Assembly: GCA_964275545.1 (NCBI GenBank)
Contig: CAXYCO010000010.1
Coordinates: 13,968-77,967, forward strand
Direction of reading: 5' to 3'
From: an uncultured Polaribacter sp.
GTDB lineage: Bacteria > Bacteroidota > Bacteroidia > Flavobacteriales > Flavobacteriaceae
DNA length: 64,000 bases
The position numbers and the translations under genes are program-made. A model generated the notes under the pieces. That model had not been told where the DNA came from. It searched no databases and saw nothing but the letters and a program-made list of their open reading frames with translations. Below are positions 50,108-59,336 of the stretch, in pieces. The first letter of the stretch is position 1. Each line of letters opens with the position of its first letter.

Positions 50108-53071
50108 TTAGTTTTTATTTTCTTCTAAAGTTTCACATTGGAAATTTCTATCTTTTCTTTTCATTGGTGCTTTTATTTGACCTCCATTCATTTTATCATC
50201 CAACATCATACTAATTAGTTTGCTCTTTTCCAGTTTAATTGCTTCTCGCTTTTTGAAATCTTCAGTTCTATCAAAGAAAATTTTACCATCAACAATTGTT
50301 TTTTCTGCTTTGGCATAAATAGACATTGGGTGGTGACTCCATAAAACTACATCTGCATCTTTTCCTTCTTTAATACTACCAACTCTATCATCCAAATGCA
50401 AAAGTTTTGCTGGGTTTATAGTTACTGTTTTCCAGGCTTCTAATTCAGACATACCACCGTATTTAATAGTTTTTGCAGCTTCTTGATTTAAACGTCTAGA
50501 CATTTCTCTATCATCAGAATTTATAGCTACAGTTACACCGGCATTGTGCATAATTGCAGCATTGAAAGGTATAGCGTCATTTACTTCATATTTATATGCC
50601 CACCAATCAGAAAAAGTTGATCCACCAACACCATGTTTAGCCATTTTATCTGCAACTTTATATCCTTCTAGAATATGTGTGAATGTGTTAATTTTAAAAT
50701 TAAATTTTTCTGCAACCTTCATTAGCATATTAATTTCTGATTGAACATACGAGTGACATGAGATATAACGTTCTCCGTTTAGAATTTCAACCAAGGTTTC
50801 CATTTCTTCATCTTTTCTGAAAGGTTTACCACTCTTTTTCAATACCTCATATTCTTGAGCTCTTGTAAAGTAATCGGTAAACATTTGTTCAACACCCATT
50901 CTTGTTTGTGGAAAACGTGTCCCGTTTGGACTTCGAGATTGCTTTACGTTTTCGCCTAAAGCAAATTTTATAAATTTTGGTGAATTTTTATAAATCATAT
51001 TGTCTGCACTTTCTCCCCATTTTAACTTTATAATTGCAGAACGTCCACCAATTGGATTTGCAGAACCATGAAGTATTTGAGCGGAAGTTGTACCTCCAGA
51101 AAGGTTTCTATAGATATTAATATCGGTAGGATCTACAACATCTTCTATAGTTACTTCTGCAGATGAATTTTGCGCCCATTCATTAATTGCAGAAGCTGCA
51201 ATGTGAGAATGTTCATCTACAATACCAGCGGTTAAATGTTTTCCTGATCCATCGATAACTTTAGCACTTCTTGATTTTAAATTTTTACCGATATTAGTAA
51301 TTTTACCATCTTTTAAAAGCACATCAGTATTCTCTAAAATGCCAGCATCTTCACTTGTCCAAACAGTAGCATTCTTAATAAGAATAGTTTCTGTTTTTGG
51401 TAGAGCAAAGTTTCCAAAACCAATGTTAGGATAACTTACAGGTAAAACAACGATTGCTTTTTCTTTCTTATTTTTCTCAGATTTTTTCTTGCTGTCTTTT
51501 TTTACTTGCTTACTTGCAGACCATGAGGTTTCATTTCCTTTAGTGTCAAAAGCAGTCCCTTGCATTACATTGGATGTATTGATTATTTTACCCATCATTC
51601 TAGTGTAACCAGAAAGTTCATTTAAGGTAATAGATATCCAATCATCTTTGTAAGAAAACTTAGATTTTATCTTTTTATCACCTATTTTTATAATGCCAGT
51701 TTGTTTTAACCCTTTACCAGAAATAGTTAAATCGTAATTTTTATTATTTACAGAGAGCATATACGTTCCTGTAATATCTTTAATAGTCATATCGTTTACT
51801 AAATTCTTAGAACCTTGAACCCAATTTTCATAAATAATCGTTTCTGCATCAAAAATATCACCAGAGGTAACAATGAAGTTTGCGTAACTTCCTGTATTTA
51901 AATTGCCAATAGTAGTATTACCTATAATAGCTGCAGGAATTGAAGTTAATGAAGCCAAGGCTTTTTCTTTATCGAAACCATATTTTATGGCCTTTTGTAA
52001 GTTTTTATGAAATGATTTTACTGATTTTAAAGAACGTGTAGTTAGTGCAAAGTTAATTCCGTTTTCAGATAATACTTTTAAGTTAGAAGGTTCTTGGTTC
52101 CATTTACGCATATCTCTCAAAGAGATTTGATCTGCTAAAAGCGGGTTAGAAACGTCATATGCATTACTAAAATTAATAGGGATTATGAAATTTGCACTTG
52201 TACTTTTGATTTCATTAATTCTCTCAAATTCATCTCCAGAACCAACAATAGTATATTGAATACCAAATTCATCACCAACTTTATCAGCTCTTAAAGCATC
52301 TAATAAATTTCCAGTTTCAAAAATTTGAACCAATTGTTTGTTATTATTTAAAGCTTCTAAAGCCAAATCTTTATTTTTCATATTTCCTTTCGCATACCAA
52401 GCAGCATCATTGTATGTTTGTCTTAACAAAGCCATTGATCCCATTCTAGAACCAGGATATGCTTGTTTAGACAACCTACTCTTTGAAAAAGATAAATATT
52501 GGGCAGATTTTGTCCTTAATATTCTATAAGCATTAGAAGAATTTGGATTGAGTGCAATTAACAGACCATTTCCACGAATAATCCCATCTTGCATGTGTGT
52601 ATTTACAACACCAAAACCAGCATTCAGTAGTTCTTTTGCTTTTTTTGTATCAAAAGAAAATTCTTTTGTAGGATTTATATCTGGTCTGATATGATCATTC
52701 CAATAATACCCTTCTCTGGAGGCTTCATATTGAGTATTTCTTGAACGATTGGGTGTTCTTTTTGGCTTTTCAATACCAAAATCTGAATACAAATCGATGA
52801 AAGAAGGATACATTGTTTTCCCTGAAAAATCTATAACTTTTGCTCCTTTGGGAATTTTAATAGATTTACCAACAAGTATTACTTTCCCGTTTTCAATTAG
52901 TAAAGTTCCTTTTTTTATAACTTTTTCTGGTGTAATATAAATTTTTGCATTTTTAAATGCAATTAAGGTGTTATTCGCTATTTTAACTCCAGCATCTGTA
53001 GGGAAATAATCTTGGGCCTGAGAAACAGAGAATGACATTAAAAAGAGCAATAGTAATGGTAGTTTTTTCAT
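50108..53071 (-). CDS. Secreted tandem amidohydrolase (two barrel domains)
   Basis: Domain 1 YPSFIDLYSD; domain 2 AGIVDEHSHI, KFALGEN, CHSY, THILEG, INSDD, GSIKEGKDAD. Confidence 0.9.
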   Translation of the reverse strand: MKKLPLLLLFLMSFSVSQAQDYFPTDAGVKIANNTLIAFKNAKIYITPEKVIKKGTLLIENGKVILVGKSIKIPKGAKVIDFSGKTMYPSFIDLYSDFGIEKPKRTPNRSRNTQYEASREGYYWNDHIRPDINPTKEFSFDTKKAKELLNAGFGVVNTHMQDGIIRGNGLLIALNPNSSNAYRILRTKSAQYLSFSKSRLSKQAYPGSRMGSMALLRQTYNDAAWYAKGNMKNKDLALEALNNNKQLVQIFETGNLLDALRADKVGDEFGIQYTIVGSGDEFERINEIKSTSANFIIPINFSNAYDVSNPLLADQISLRDMRKWNQEPSNLKVLSENGINFALTTRSLKSVKSFHKNLQKAIKYGFDKEKALASLTSIPAAIIGNTTIGNLNTGSYANFIVTSGDIFDAETIIYENWVQGSKNLVNDMTIKDITGTYMLSVNNKNYDLTISGKGLKQTGIIKIGDKKIKSKFSYKDDWISITLNELSGYTRMMGKIINTSNVMQGTAFDTKGNETSWSASKQVKKDSKKKSEKNKKEKAIVVLPVSYPNIGFGNFALPKTETILIKNATVWTSEDAGILENTDVLLKDGKITNIGKNLKSRSAKVIDGSGKHLTAGIVDEHSHIAASAINEWAQNSSAEVTIEDVVDPTDINIYRNLSGGTTSAQILHGSANPIGGRSAIIKLKWGESADNMIYKNSPKFIKFALGENVKQSRSPNGTRFPQTRMGVEQMFTDYFTRAQEYEVLKKSGKPFRKDEEMETLVEILNGERYISCHSYVQSEINMLMKVAEKFNFKINTFTHILEGYKVADKMAKHGVGGSTFSDWWAYKYEVNDAIPFNAAIMHNAGVTVAINSDDREMSRRLNQEAAKTIKYGGMSELEAWKTVTINPAKLLHLDDRVGSIKEGKDADVVLWSHHPMSIYAKAEKTIVDGKIFFDRTEDFKKREAIKLEKSKLISMMLDDKMNGGQIKAPMKRKDRNFQCETLEENKN

Positions 53072-53164
53072 GTATATTTAATTGATTTAATAATTTTTAT
53101 AAATTTATTGATATACTTTTTGTAAATTAAGTTATCAATTCACTTTAACATAACTTTAATAAAT

Positions 53165-54241
53165 TTATATTTTATTTGAAGTTTCAAAGTAGGAGATGAG
53201 CAAATCAACTACATAATTATAAGAATCTACACCTTTGGACTGTTTGTTTGCTTTTAAATATGTGTTGTACCCTTTTTTAATCAGTGGTTCTAGTGGGTTT
53301 TTATATTCTTGCCAAAACTCATAGCTAGCATTAAAATCTTTAGTGATTCCTAAATTCACTGTTTTCCATAGTTCTTTCGATATTTCTACATCACGCCTTT
53401 TAATTTCAGAAATACAATATCCCAAAGCCATTCTGTAACTTGCATATTTAAAATAGTTATTTTCATGATAGTTAGCTGCTAAAAATCCTATAAAATTAGC
53501 CTCATTTTCCGCTGCGAAACCTAATTGATGCGCCATTTCATGACATGTTGTTGTTGGGTAACTTGTTTTGGGAATTTTATCATTTATTTGAGCTTCTCCA
53601 GTTAAAGGGTTTAAATATCCAGCAGTACCGTTATAACTTTGTAATAAGCTTATAAATGAATTTTTTATTGATGCATGTTTATATTCCAACTGAGGAAAGT
53701 CTTTTGATAAATTGTTATACCCATCAATTGCCATAACATACATTTCTTTCTGAGAATATGGATTATTAACTTTTAAAGTATCATTTTTTGTGATTTTAAA
53801 TTGATACTCATTTAACTTTTTAATAATGTGTTCAGTTACTTTTTTAAGTTGTTCTGTTTTGTATTCAGATTGAGGGTAATTAAGGTTTTTAGCTAACGGA
53901 TTTCTGTAGTAATTTAATCCCCAAAAAAAGTAAAAACAAAAATAAATAATTGATAATGTTGCGGTAAAATGTATGATTTTGGGAATAAAATGTATAAATT
54001 TATTTGAAATTAATGTGTAAATAAATTTAAGAAACACAAACAAACTAAGAATTAATAAGATGTCTCCAACAGAAAAAGGAATCCAACCTAAAGCAATTCT
54101 TAAAAATGAAGATATGAATGGATAAATTCCGTTTGAGTAATAATACTCAATAAATTGGGGGTTATTGGCAGCTAATTTAAGCAGTATAACTTGAATAGGT
54201 AAAAATGCGGTAAGATAAATATGTTTTTTACTTGTTTTCAA
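53165..54241 (-). CDS. DUF3810 family membrane protein with zincin-like HExxH
   Basis: PFSVGD, WGLNYYR, NPLTGEAQ, CHEMAHQLGFAAENEANF. Confidence 0.85.
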   Translation of the reverse strand: MKTSKKHIYLTAFLPIQVILLKLAANNPQFIEYYYSNGIYPFISSFLRIALGWIPFSVGDILLILSLFVFLKFIYTLISNKFIHFIPKIIHFTATLSIIYFCFYFFWGLNYYRNPLAKNLNYPQSEYKTEQLKKVTEHIIKKLNEYQFKITKNDTLKVNNPYSQKEMYVMAIDGYNNLSKDFPQLEYKHASIKNSFISLLQSYNGTAGYLNPLTGEAQINDKIPKTSYPTTTCHEMAHQLGFAAENEANFIGFLAANYHENNYFKYASYRMALGYCISEIKRRDVEISKELWKTVNLGITKDFNASYEFWQEYKNPLEPLIKKGYNTYLKANKQSKGVDSYNYVVDLLISYFETSNKI

Positions 54242-54452
54242 TAAATAATTGAGTTTAATTATAAAAATATTCAGGTAAATATATGTGAAATAAACTTTTA
54301 ATTAATTTAATTTTTAAATAAAACTAAGAATTCATTTTGGAAGTTGATTGGTTATTAACAACATAATAACATTTTTATCTACAATATTTGTTTACAAATT
54401 AAAGTAAAGTTTTAGAAAAGATTTTCAACCTAAAAAAAGTACATTTGTGAAG

Positions 54453-55961
54453 ATGGAAAAAACAACACCTTTAGCAGGAAAAAAAATAGATAAATCAAGA
54501 ATAATTAGTCTTGAAAAAGGTAAAATACCGCCCCAAGCAGTAGAATTAGAGGAAGCTGTTTTAGGTGCAATGATGATTGATAAAAAAGGAATTGATGATG
54601 TCATAGATATTTTACATTCAGACGCTTTTTATGATTCAAAACACCAAGAGATTTATGGAGCAATTTATCAATTATTTCAAAATTCAGAACCAATAGATTT
54701 ATTAACGGTTTCTAATCAATTAAAAAAGAATGCAAAACTTGAATTGGTTGGTGGAGATTTTTATTTGATCCGTTTAACCCAAAAAGTAGCTTCTTCTGCT
54801 CATATTGAGTTTCATGCACGTATTATATTACAAAAATATATTCAGCGAAAATTAATATCAATCTCAAGTGAAATTATAGAAAATGCTTACGACGAGACTA
54901 CAGATGTTTTCGACTTATTAGATGATGCTGAGGGGAAGTTGTTTGAAGTTACACAAGGAAACTTAAAAAAGAGTTCAGAAGATGCAGGTTCACTTGTAAA
55001 ACAAGCTTTAAAAAAGATTCAAGAGATAGGTAATTCTGAGGGAATGTCTGGTTTAGAAACAGGCTTTACAAAATTAGATGCATTAACCTCTGGCTGGCAG
55101 CCTTCCGATTTAGTCATTATTGCTGCACGTCCTGGTATGGGAAAAACTGCATTTGTAATTTCGATGGCAAAAAATATGGCCATTGATTTTAATCATGGTG
55201 TAGCTGTATTTTCTCTAGAGATGTCCTCTGTTCAGTTAATTACGCGTATGATTTCTTCAGAAACTGGTTTAACTTCAGAAAAATTAAGAAAAGGAAATTT
55301 AGAACCTCATGAATGGGAACAATTAAATGTAAAAGTCAAGAAACTTTCTGATGCTCCTATTTTTATAGATGACACACCCTCTTTGTCAATTTTCGATCTA
55401 CGTGCAAAAGCTCGTAGATTAGTCTCACAACATGGCGTAAAGATTATTGTTATTGATTATTTGCAACTAATGACAGCTGGAGGAAACGGAAAAGGTGGAG
55501 GGAATAGAGAACAAGAAATATCCATGATCTCTAGAAATTTAAAAGCACTAGCAAAAGAATTGTCAGTTCCAGTGATAGCACTTTCTCAATTATCTCGAGC
55601 TGTTGAAACTCGAGGAGGAAGTAAAAGACCTTTATTATCTGATTTACGTGAATCTGGTGCCATCGAGCAAGATGCAGATATTGTATCTTTTATTTTCCGT
55701 CCAGAATATTACGGAATGACAGAATGGGATGATGATGAGCATACACCATGTGAAGGGCAAGGTGAATTTATTGTTGCAAAACATAGAAATGGTGGTTTAG
55801 AAAATATTCGTTTGAAATTTACAGGCCATTTAGCTAAGTTCTCTGATTTAGAGGAAGGCTTTAGTTCAGAATTTCAATCTTCTATGAATGCTGACGATTT
55901 TTCTGTAAACCAAAGAATTGAACCAAAAGATGCTTTTGGTGATGATGATGTTCCTTTTTAA
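54453..55961 (+). CDS. dnaB: Replicative DNA helicase (no intein)
   Basis: PPQAVELEEAVLG, AARPGMGKT, FSLEM, IDYLQLM, LSDLRESGAIEQDAD. Start moved to ATG 54453 (TACATTTG at 54440-54447). Confidence 0.97.
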   Translation: MEKTTPLAGKKIDKSRIISLEKGKIPPQAVELEEAVLGAMMIDKKGIDDVIDILHSDAFYDSKHQEIYGAIYQLFQNSEPIDLLTVSNQLKKNAKLELVGGDFYLIRLTQKVASSAHIEFHARIILQKYIQRKLISISSEIIENAYDETTDVFDLLDDAEGKLFEVTQGNLKKSSEDAGSLVKQALKKIQEIGNSEGMSGLETGFTKLDALTSGWQPSDLVIIAARPGMGKTAFVISMAKNMAIDFNHGVAVFSLEMSSVQLITRMISSETGLTSEKLRKGNLEPHEWEQLNVKVKKLSDAPIFIDDTPSLSIFDLRAKARRLVSQHGVKIIVIDYLQLMTAGGNGKGGGNREQEISMISRNLKALAKELSVPVIALSQLSRAVETRGGSKRPLLSDLRESGAIEQDADIVSFIFRPEYYGMTEWDDDEHTPCEGQGEFIVAKHRNGGLENIRLKFTGHLAKFSDLEEGFSSEFQSSMNADDFSVNQRIEPKDAFGDDDVPF

Positions 55962-56030
55962 ATAGTGAAAAAATATAAAAATATAGATCAATAATCATCT
56001 CTAAGTAAAACGTGTATTTTAGTTTTTAAT

Positions 56031-57290
56031 ATGAAAAAAATCATAACAATACTTTTATTTATATTGATATCAAACTCCATTTGGGCATCATTTATTTACG
56101 TGCCCATGAGTTACGACAATCAGAAAAACCATTTAAAGGCATACGGAATTGTTTATTTTGGTTTAGAAGCTGGTTTAAAATCTAAGTGGTTATTAAACTA
56201 TGATGGTGGTGCTTTTTTAATAGAAAATAATAAAGCTATCGAGAATGAATGTAAAATTAGAGGAGTTTCTTATCAAATAATTTCAGACGCTAAAGCACAA
56301 TTAATACTACAAGAAATAGCTGCGCCATCTTCTAATCAAGATGCGGTAACTTTAGAAAAAGCTCCAAAAATAGCCGTCTACTCTCCAAAAGATAAAATGC
56401 CTTGGGATGACGCTGTTACCATGGTTTTAACCTATGCAGAAATTCCTTTTGATGTAATTTACGATAAAGAAGTTTTGGAAGATAAATTACTAATATACGA
56501 ATGGTTGCATTTACATCATGAAGATTTCACAGGCCAATATGGTCGTTTTTATGGTTCTTTTAGAACAGCACCTTGGTATATAGAAGGGAAGCAACGTGCA
56601 GAAAAATTATCTAAAGAATTAGGGTTCTCTAAAGTTTCTCAAGAAAAACTAGCAGTTTCAAAAAAAATTAGAGATTATGTAATAGGTGGCGGATTTATGT
56701 TTGCCATGTGTTCTGCGACGGATAGTTTTGATATTGCATTGTCTGCAGAAGGAATAGACATAGCAGAAGCAATGTTTGACGGAGATGCATCTACACCCAA
56801 TTATCAATCTAAAATAAACTATAACAAAACCTTTGCGTTCAAAGATTTTGATTTGATTAGAAACCCGTCAACCTATGAGTTTTCTACAATTGATATGACA
56901 AGAAAGCGTAAAATTCCTAAAACATCAGATTATTTTTCATTGGTTGAGTTTTCTGCAAAATGGGATCCTGTTCCAACAATGTTAACTCAAAACCATACAG
57001 TTTTAGTAAAAGGATTTATGGGACAAACTACTTCTTTTGATAGAAATATGGTAAAAAGTAATGTATTGGTTTTGGGAGAAAATAGAACAAATAGAGAAGC
57101 TCGTTATATTCATGGCACAAAAGGGAAAGGGATGTTTACTTTTTATGGAGGACATGACCCAGAAGATTATACACATCGAGTTGGTGATCCCAAAACAGAA
57201 TTAGATTTACACAAAACTTCACCTGGTTATAGATTAATTTTAAATAATGTTTTGTTTCCTGCGGCAAAAAAGAAAAAACAAAAAACTTAA
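56031..57290 (+). CDS. Conserved secreted protein with class I glutamine amidotransferase-like motifs (family often labelled 'asparagine synthetase B')
   Basis: Signal peptide, HLKAYG, WLHLHHEDFTGQ, GGFMFAMCSA, GGHDPEDY. Confidence 0.7.
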   Translation: MKKIITILLFILISNSIWASFIYVPMSYDNQKNHLKAYGIVYFGLEAGLKSKWLLNYDGGAFLIENNKAIENECKIRGVSYQIISDAKAQLILQEIAAPSSNQDAVTLEKAPKIAVYSPKDKMPWDDAVTMVLTYAEIPFDVIYDKEVLEDKLLIYEWLHLHHEDFTGQYGRFYGSFRTAPWYIEGKQRAEKLSKELGFSKVSQEKLAVSKKIRDYVIGGGFMFAMCSATDSFDIALSAEGIDIAEAMFDGDASTPNYQSKINYNKTFAFKDFDLIRNPSTYEFSTIDMTRKRKIPKTSDYFSLVEFSAKWDPVPTMLTQNHTVLVKGFMGQTTSFDRNMVKSNVLVLGENRTNREARYIHGTKGKGMFTFYGGHDPEDYTHRVGDPKTELDLHKTSPGYRLILNNVLFPAAKKKKQKT

Positions 57291-57296
57291 ATAGTT

Positions 57297-58214
57297 TTGA
57301 AAAATAACACGAAACTTCTTATTGTTTTATCGTTTTTTTCAATTTATATAATTTGGGGTTCAACCTATGTTTTAAATAAAATTGCTGTCAGCGAAATTTC
57401 ACCCTTATTGTTATCAGCAACTCGTTTTATAATTGCAGGTTTTTTAATTTTAATTATAGCTAAAATCTTAAACTACAAATTATCAATTAGTAAAAAGCAA
57501 ATTATAAATTCTATAATTGCTGGTTTTTTATTCTTAGTCTACGGCAACGGAGTTTTTGTTTGGGCGTTAAGATATGTAGATAGTAGTTTTGCAGCACTTT
57601 TAGCCTCTACACAACCATTGTTTGTGCTTTTTCTATTACGTCTGATAGATGGAAAAAAAATGCAAATAAAATCGATTATAGGTGTCTTTTTGGGTGTTTT
57701 AGGTATGTACCTTCTTATCAACCAAAAAGGTATTTCAACCCAGGAAAATAGTATTTTAGGGATCTTTATGATTTTAAGTTGTGTACTAAGTTGGAGTTAC
57801 GGAAGTGTTTTTGTCTCGAAAGCAAACCTACCAAAAAACTTTTTTGTGAGTACCGGTTATCAGATGTTATTTTCAGGAATTATTCTTTTAATATCAAGTC
57901 TTTTATTAAATGAAGTTTGGATTCTACCAACAGAATTAACTTTAAAAGCACAAGTTTCTTTGCTATTGCTTGTTGTTTTTGGTAGTATTATAGCATTTAC
58001 ATCATTTAATTATCTATTAAAAGTAGTTTCCCCAGAGAAGGTGGCTACATCTGCATATGTAAACCCAATAGTTGCCATGTTATTAGGCTGGTATTTTTTG
58101 GATGAAGAATTAACAACTCAATCTATTTTAGCTGCTATAGTGTTATTGACAGGTGTTTACTTTATAACTTCAAGGAAAAGGCAGTCAAAAATAATTGCAA
58201 AAAAAACGATGTAA
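57297..58214 (+). CDS. EamA/DMT family transporter (YedA-like)
   Basis: About 10 TMs, IYIIWGSTY, AYVNPIVA; TTG start. Confidence 0.92.
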   Translation: MKNNTKLLIVLSFFSIYIIWGSTYVLNKIAVSEISPLLLSATRFIIAGFLILIIAKILNYKLSISKKQIINSIIAGFLFLVYGNGVFVWALRYVDSSFAALLASTQPLFVLFLLRLIDGKKMQIKSIIGVFLGVLGMYLLINQKGISTQENSILGIFMILSCVLSWSYGSVFVSKANLPKNFFVSTGYQMLFSGIILLISSLLLNEVWILPTELTLKAQVSLLLLVVFGSIIAFTSFNYLLKVVSPEKVATSAYVNPIVAMLLGWYFLDEELTTQSILAAIVLLTGVYFITSRKRQSKIIAKKTM

Positions 58215-58346
58215 ATTATACATACTTCTATTTTTATTCATATTGTTAAATCAACAATATGTTAATAGAATTTTAGAATAAATAGAATTTTAAAATTGGT
58301 TTATCATTATTAAAAAATTACTTTTGCCATCAATAAAATTATAACA

Positions 58347-59192
58347 ATGCCAACTACAAAACAATTACAAGACTTTACTCAGCAAGTTCGTAGAGATATC
58401 CTACGCATGGTTCATGCAGTTAATTCTGGTCACCCTGGAGGTTCTTTAGGCTGTGCAGAATTTTTAACAATTTTATATCAAGATGTGATGAAACATTCAT
58501 CAGATTTTAATATGGATGGAAAAGGAGAAGATTTGTTTTTCTTGTCTAACGGACATATTTCTCCAGTTTTATATAGTGTTTTAGCACGTAGTGGATATTT
58601 TCCAGTGCCTGAATTAGCAACGTTTAGGAAATTAAATACTCGTTTACAAGGTCACCCAACAACACATGAAGGTTTACCTGGAATTCGTGTTGCATCGGGT
58701 TCTTTGGGTCAAGGAATGAGTTTTGCAATAGGTTCTGCTGAGGCTAAAAAATTAAATGGAGATGATAGATTGGTGTACGTTTTGCATGGAGACGGAGAAT
58801 TGCAAGAAGGCCAAATTTGGGAATCTGCAATGTATGCCTCGGGTAAAAAGATTGACAATTTAATTGCGACTATAGATTTAAATGGAAAACAGATAGATGG
58901 AGCTACTGATGATGTTTTACCGATGGGAAGCATTAAGGCGAAGTTTGAAGCTTTTGGTTGGGATGTTTTAGAAGTAGAGGAAGGTAATAACATTCAGGCG
59001 ATTCAAGCTGGTTTATCGGATGCAAAATCTAGATCTGGTAAAGGAAAGCCAGTTTGTATTTTATTGCACACAGAAATGGGTAATGGTGTTGATTTTATGA
59101 TGGATACTCACGCTTGGCACGGTAAAGCACCAAACGATGAGCAATTAGAAAATGCTTTGAAACAAAACCCAGAAACTTTAGGAGACTACTAA
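58347..59192 (+). CDS. Transketolase N-terminal (TPP-binding) subunit
   Basis: SGHPGGSLG, LSNGH, LQGHP, GSLGQG, GDGELQEG, WHGKAP. Confidence 0.95.
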   Translation: MPTTKQLQDFTQQVRRDILRMVHAVNSGHPGGSLGCAEFLTILYQDVMKHSSDFNMDGKGEDLFFLSNGHISPVLYSVLARSGYFPVPELATFRKLNTRLQGHPTTHEGLPGIRVASGSLGQGMSFAIGSAEAKKLNGDDRLVYVLHGDGELQEGQIWESAMYASGKKIDNLIATIDLNGKQIDGATDDVLPMGSIKAKFEAFGWDVLEVEEGNNIQAIQAGLSDAKSRSGKGKPVCILLHTEMGNGVDFMMDTHAWHGKAPNDEQLENALKQNPETLGDY

Positions 59193-59222
59193 AATCGAAT
59201 TTATTTCAGACTTTTTATATAC

Positions 59223-59252
59223 AACCTACAATTTTAATTGTAGGTTATTTTT
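59223..59252 (+). terminator. Intrinsic terminator after the transketolase N-subunit gene
   Basis: AACCTACAATT-TT-AATTGTAGGTT-ATTTTT. Confidence 0.75.
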
Positions 59253-59336
59253 ATGCTTGTTTTTTGAATTAAAGTTTAAGAATACCTTTATCTTTACATT
59301 TAAAGTGATTAATTATTAATCTTATTAATGCAATTT

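Noticed and set aside
54453-55961. Intein in DnaB
   Set aside because: Normal length, with helicase motifs uninterrupted
41139-58993. Shadow ORFs including 41980-42435 (151 aa) and 46058-46363
   Set aside because: Antisense to sucD, fabG, SPFH, amidohydrolase, EamA and transketolase genes; antisense ORFs are common for SDR genes
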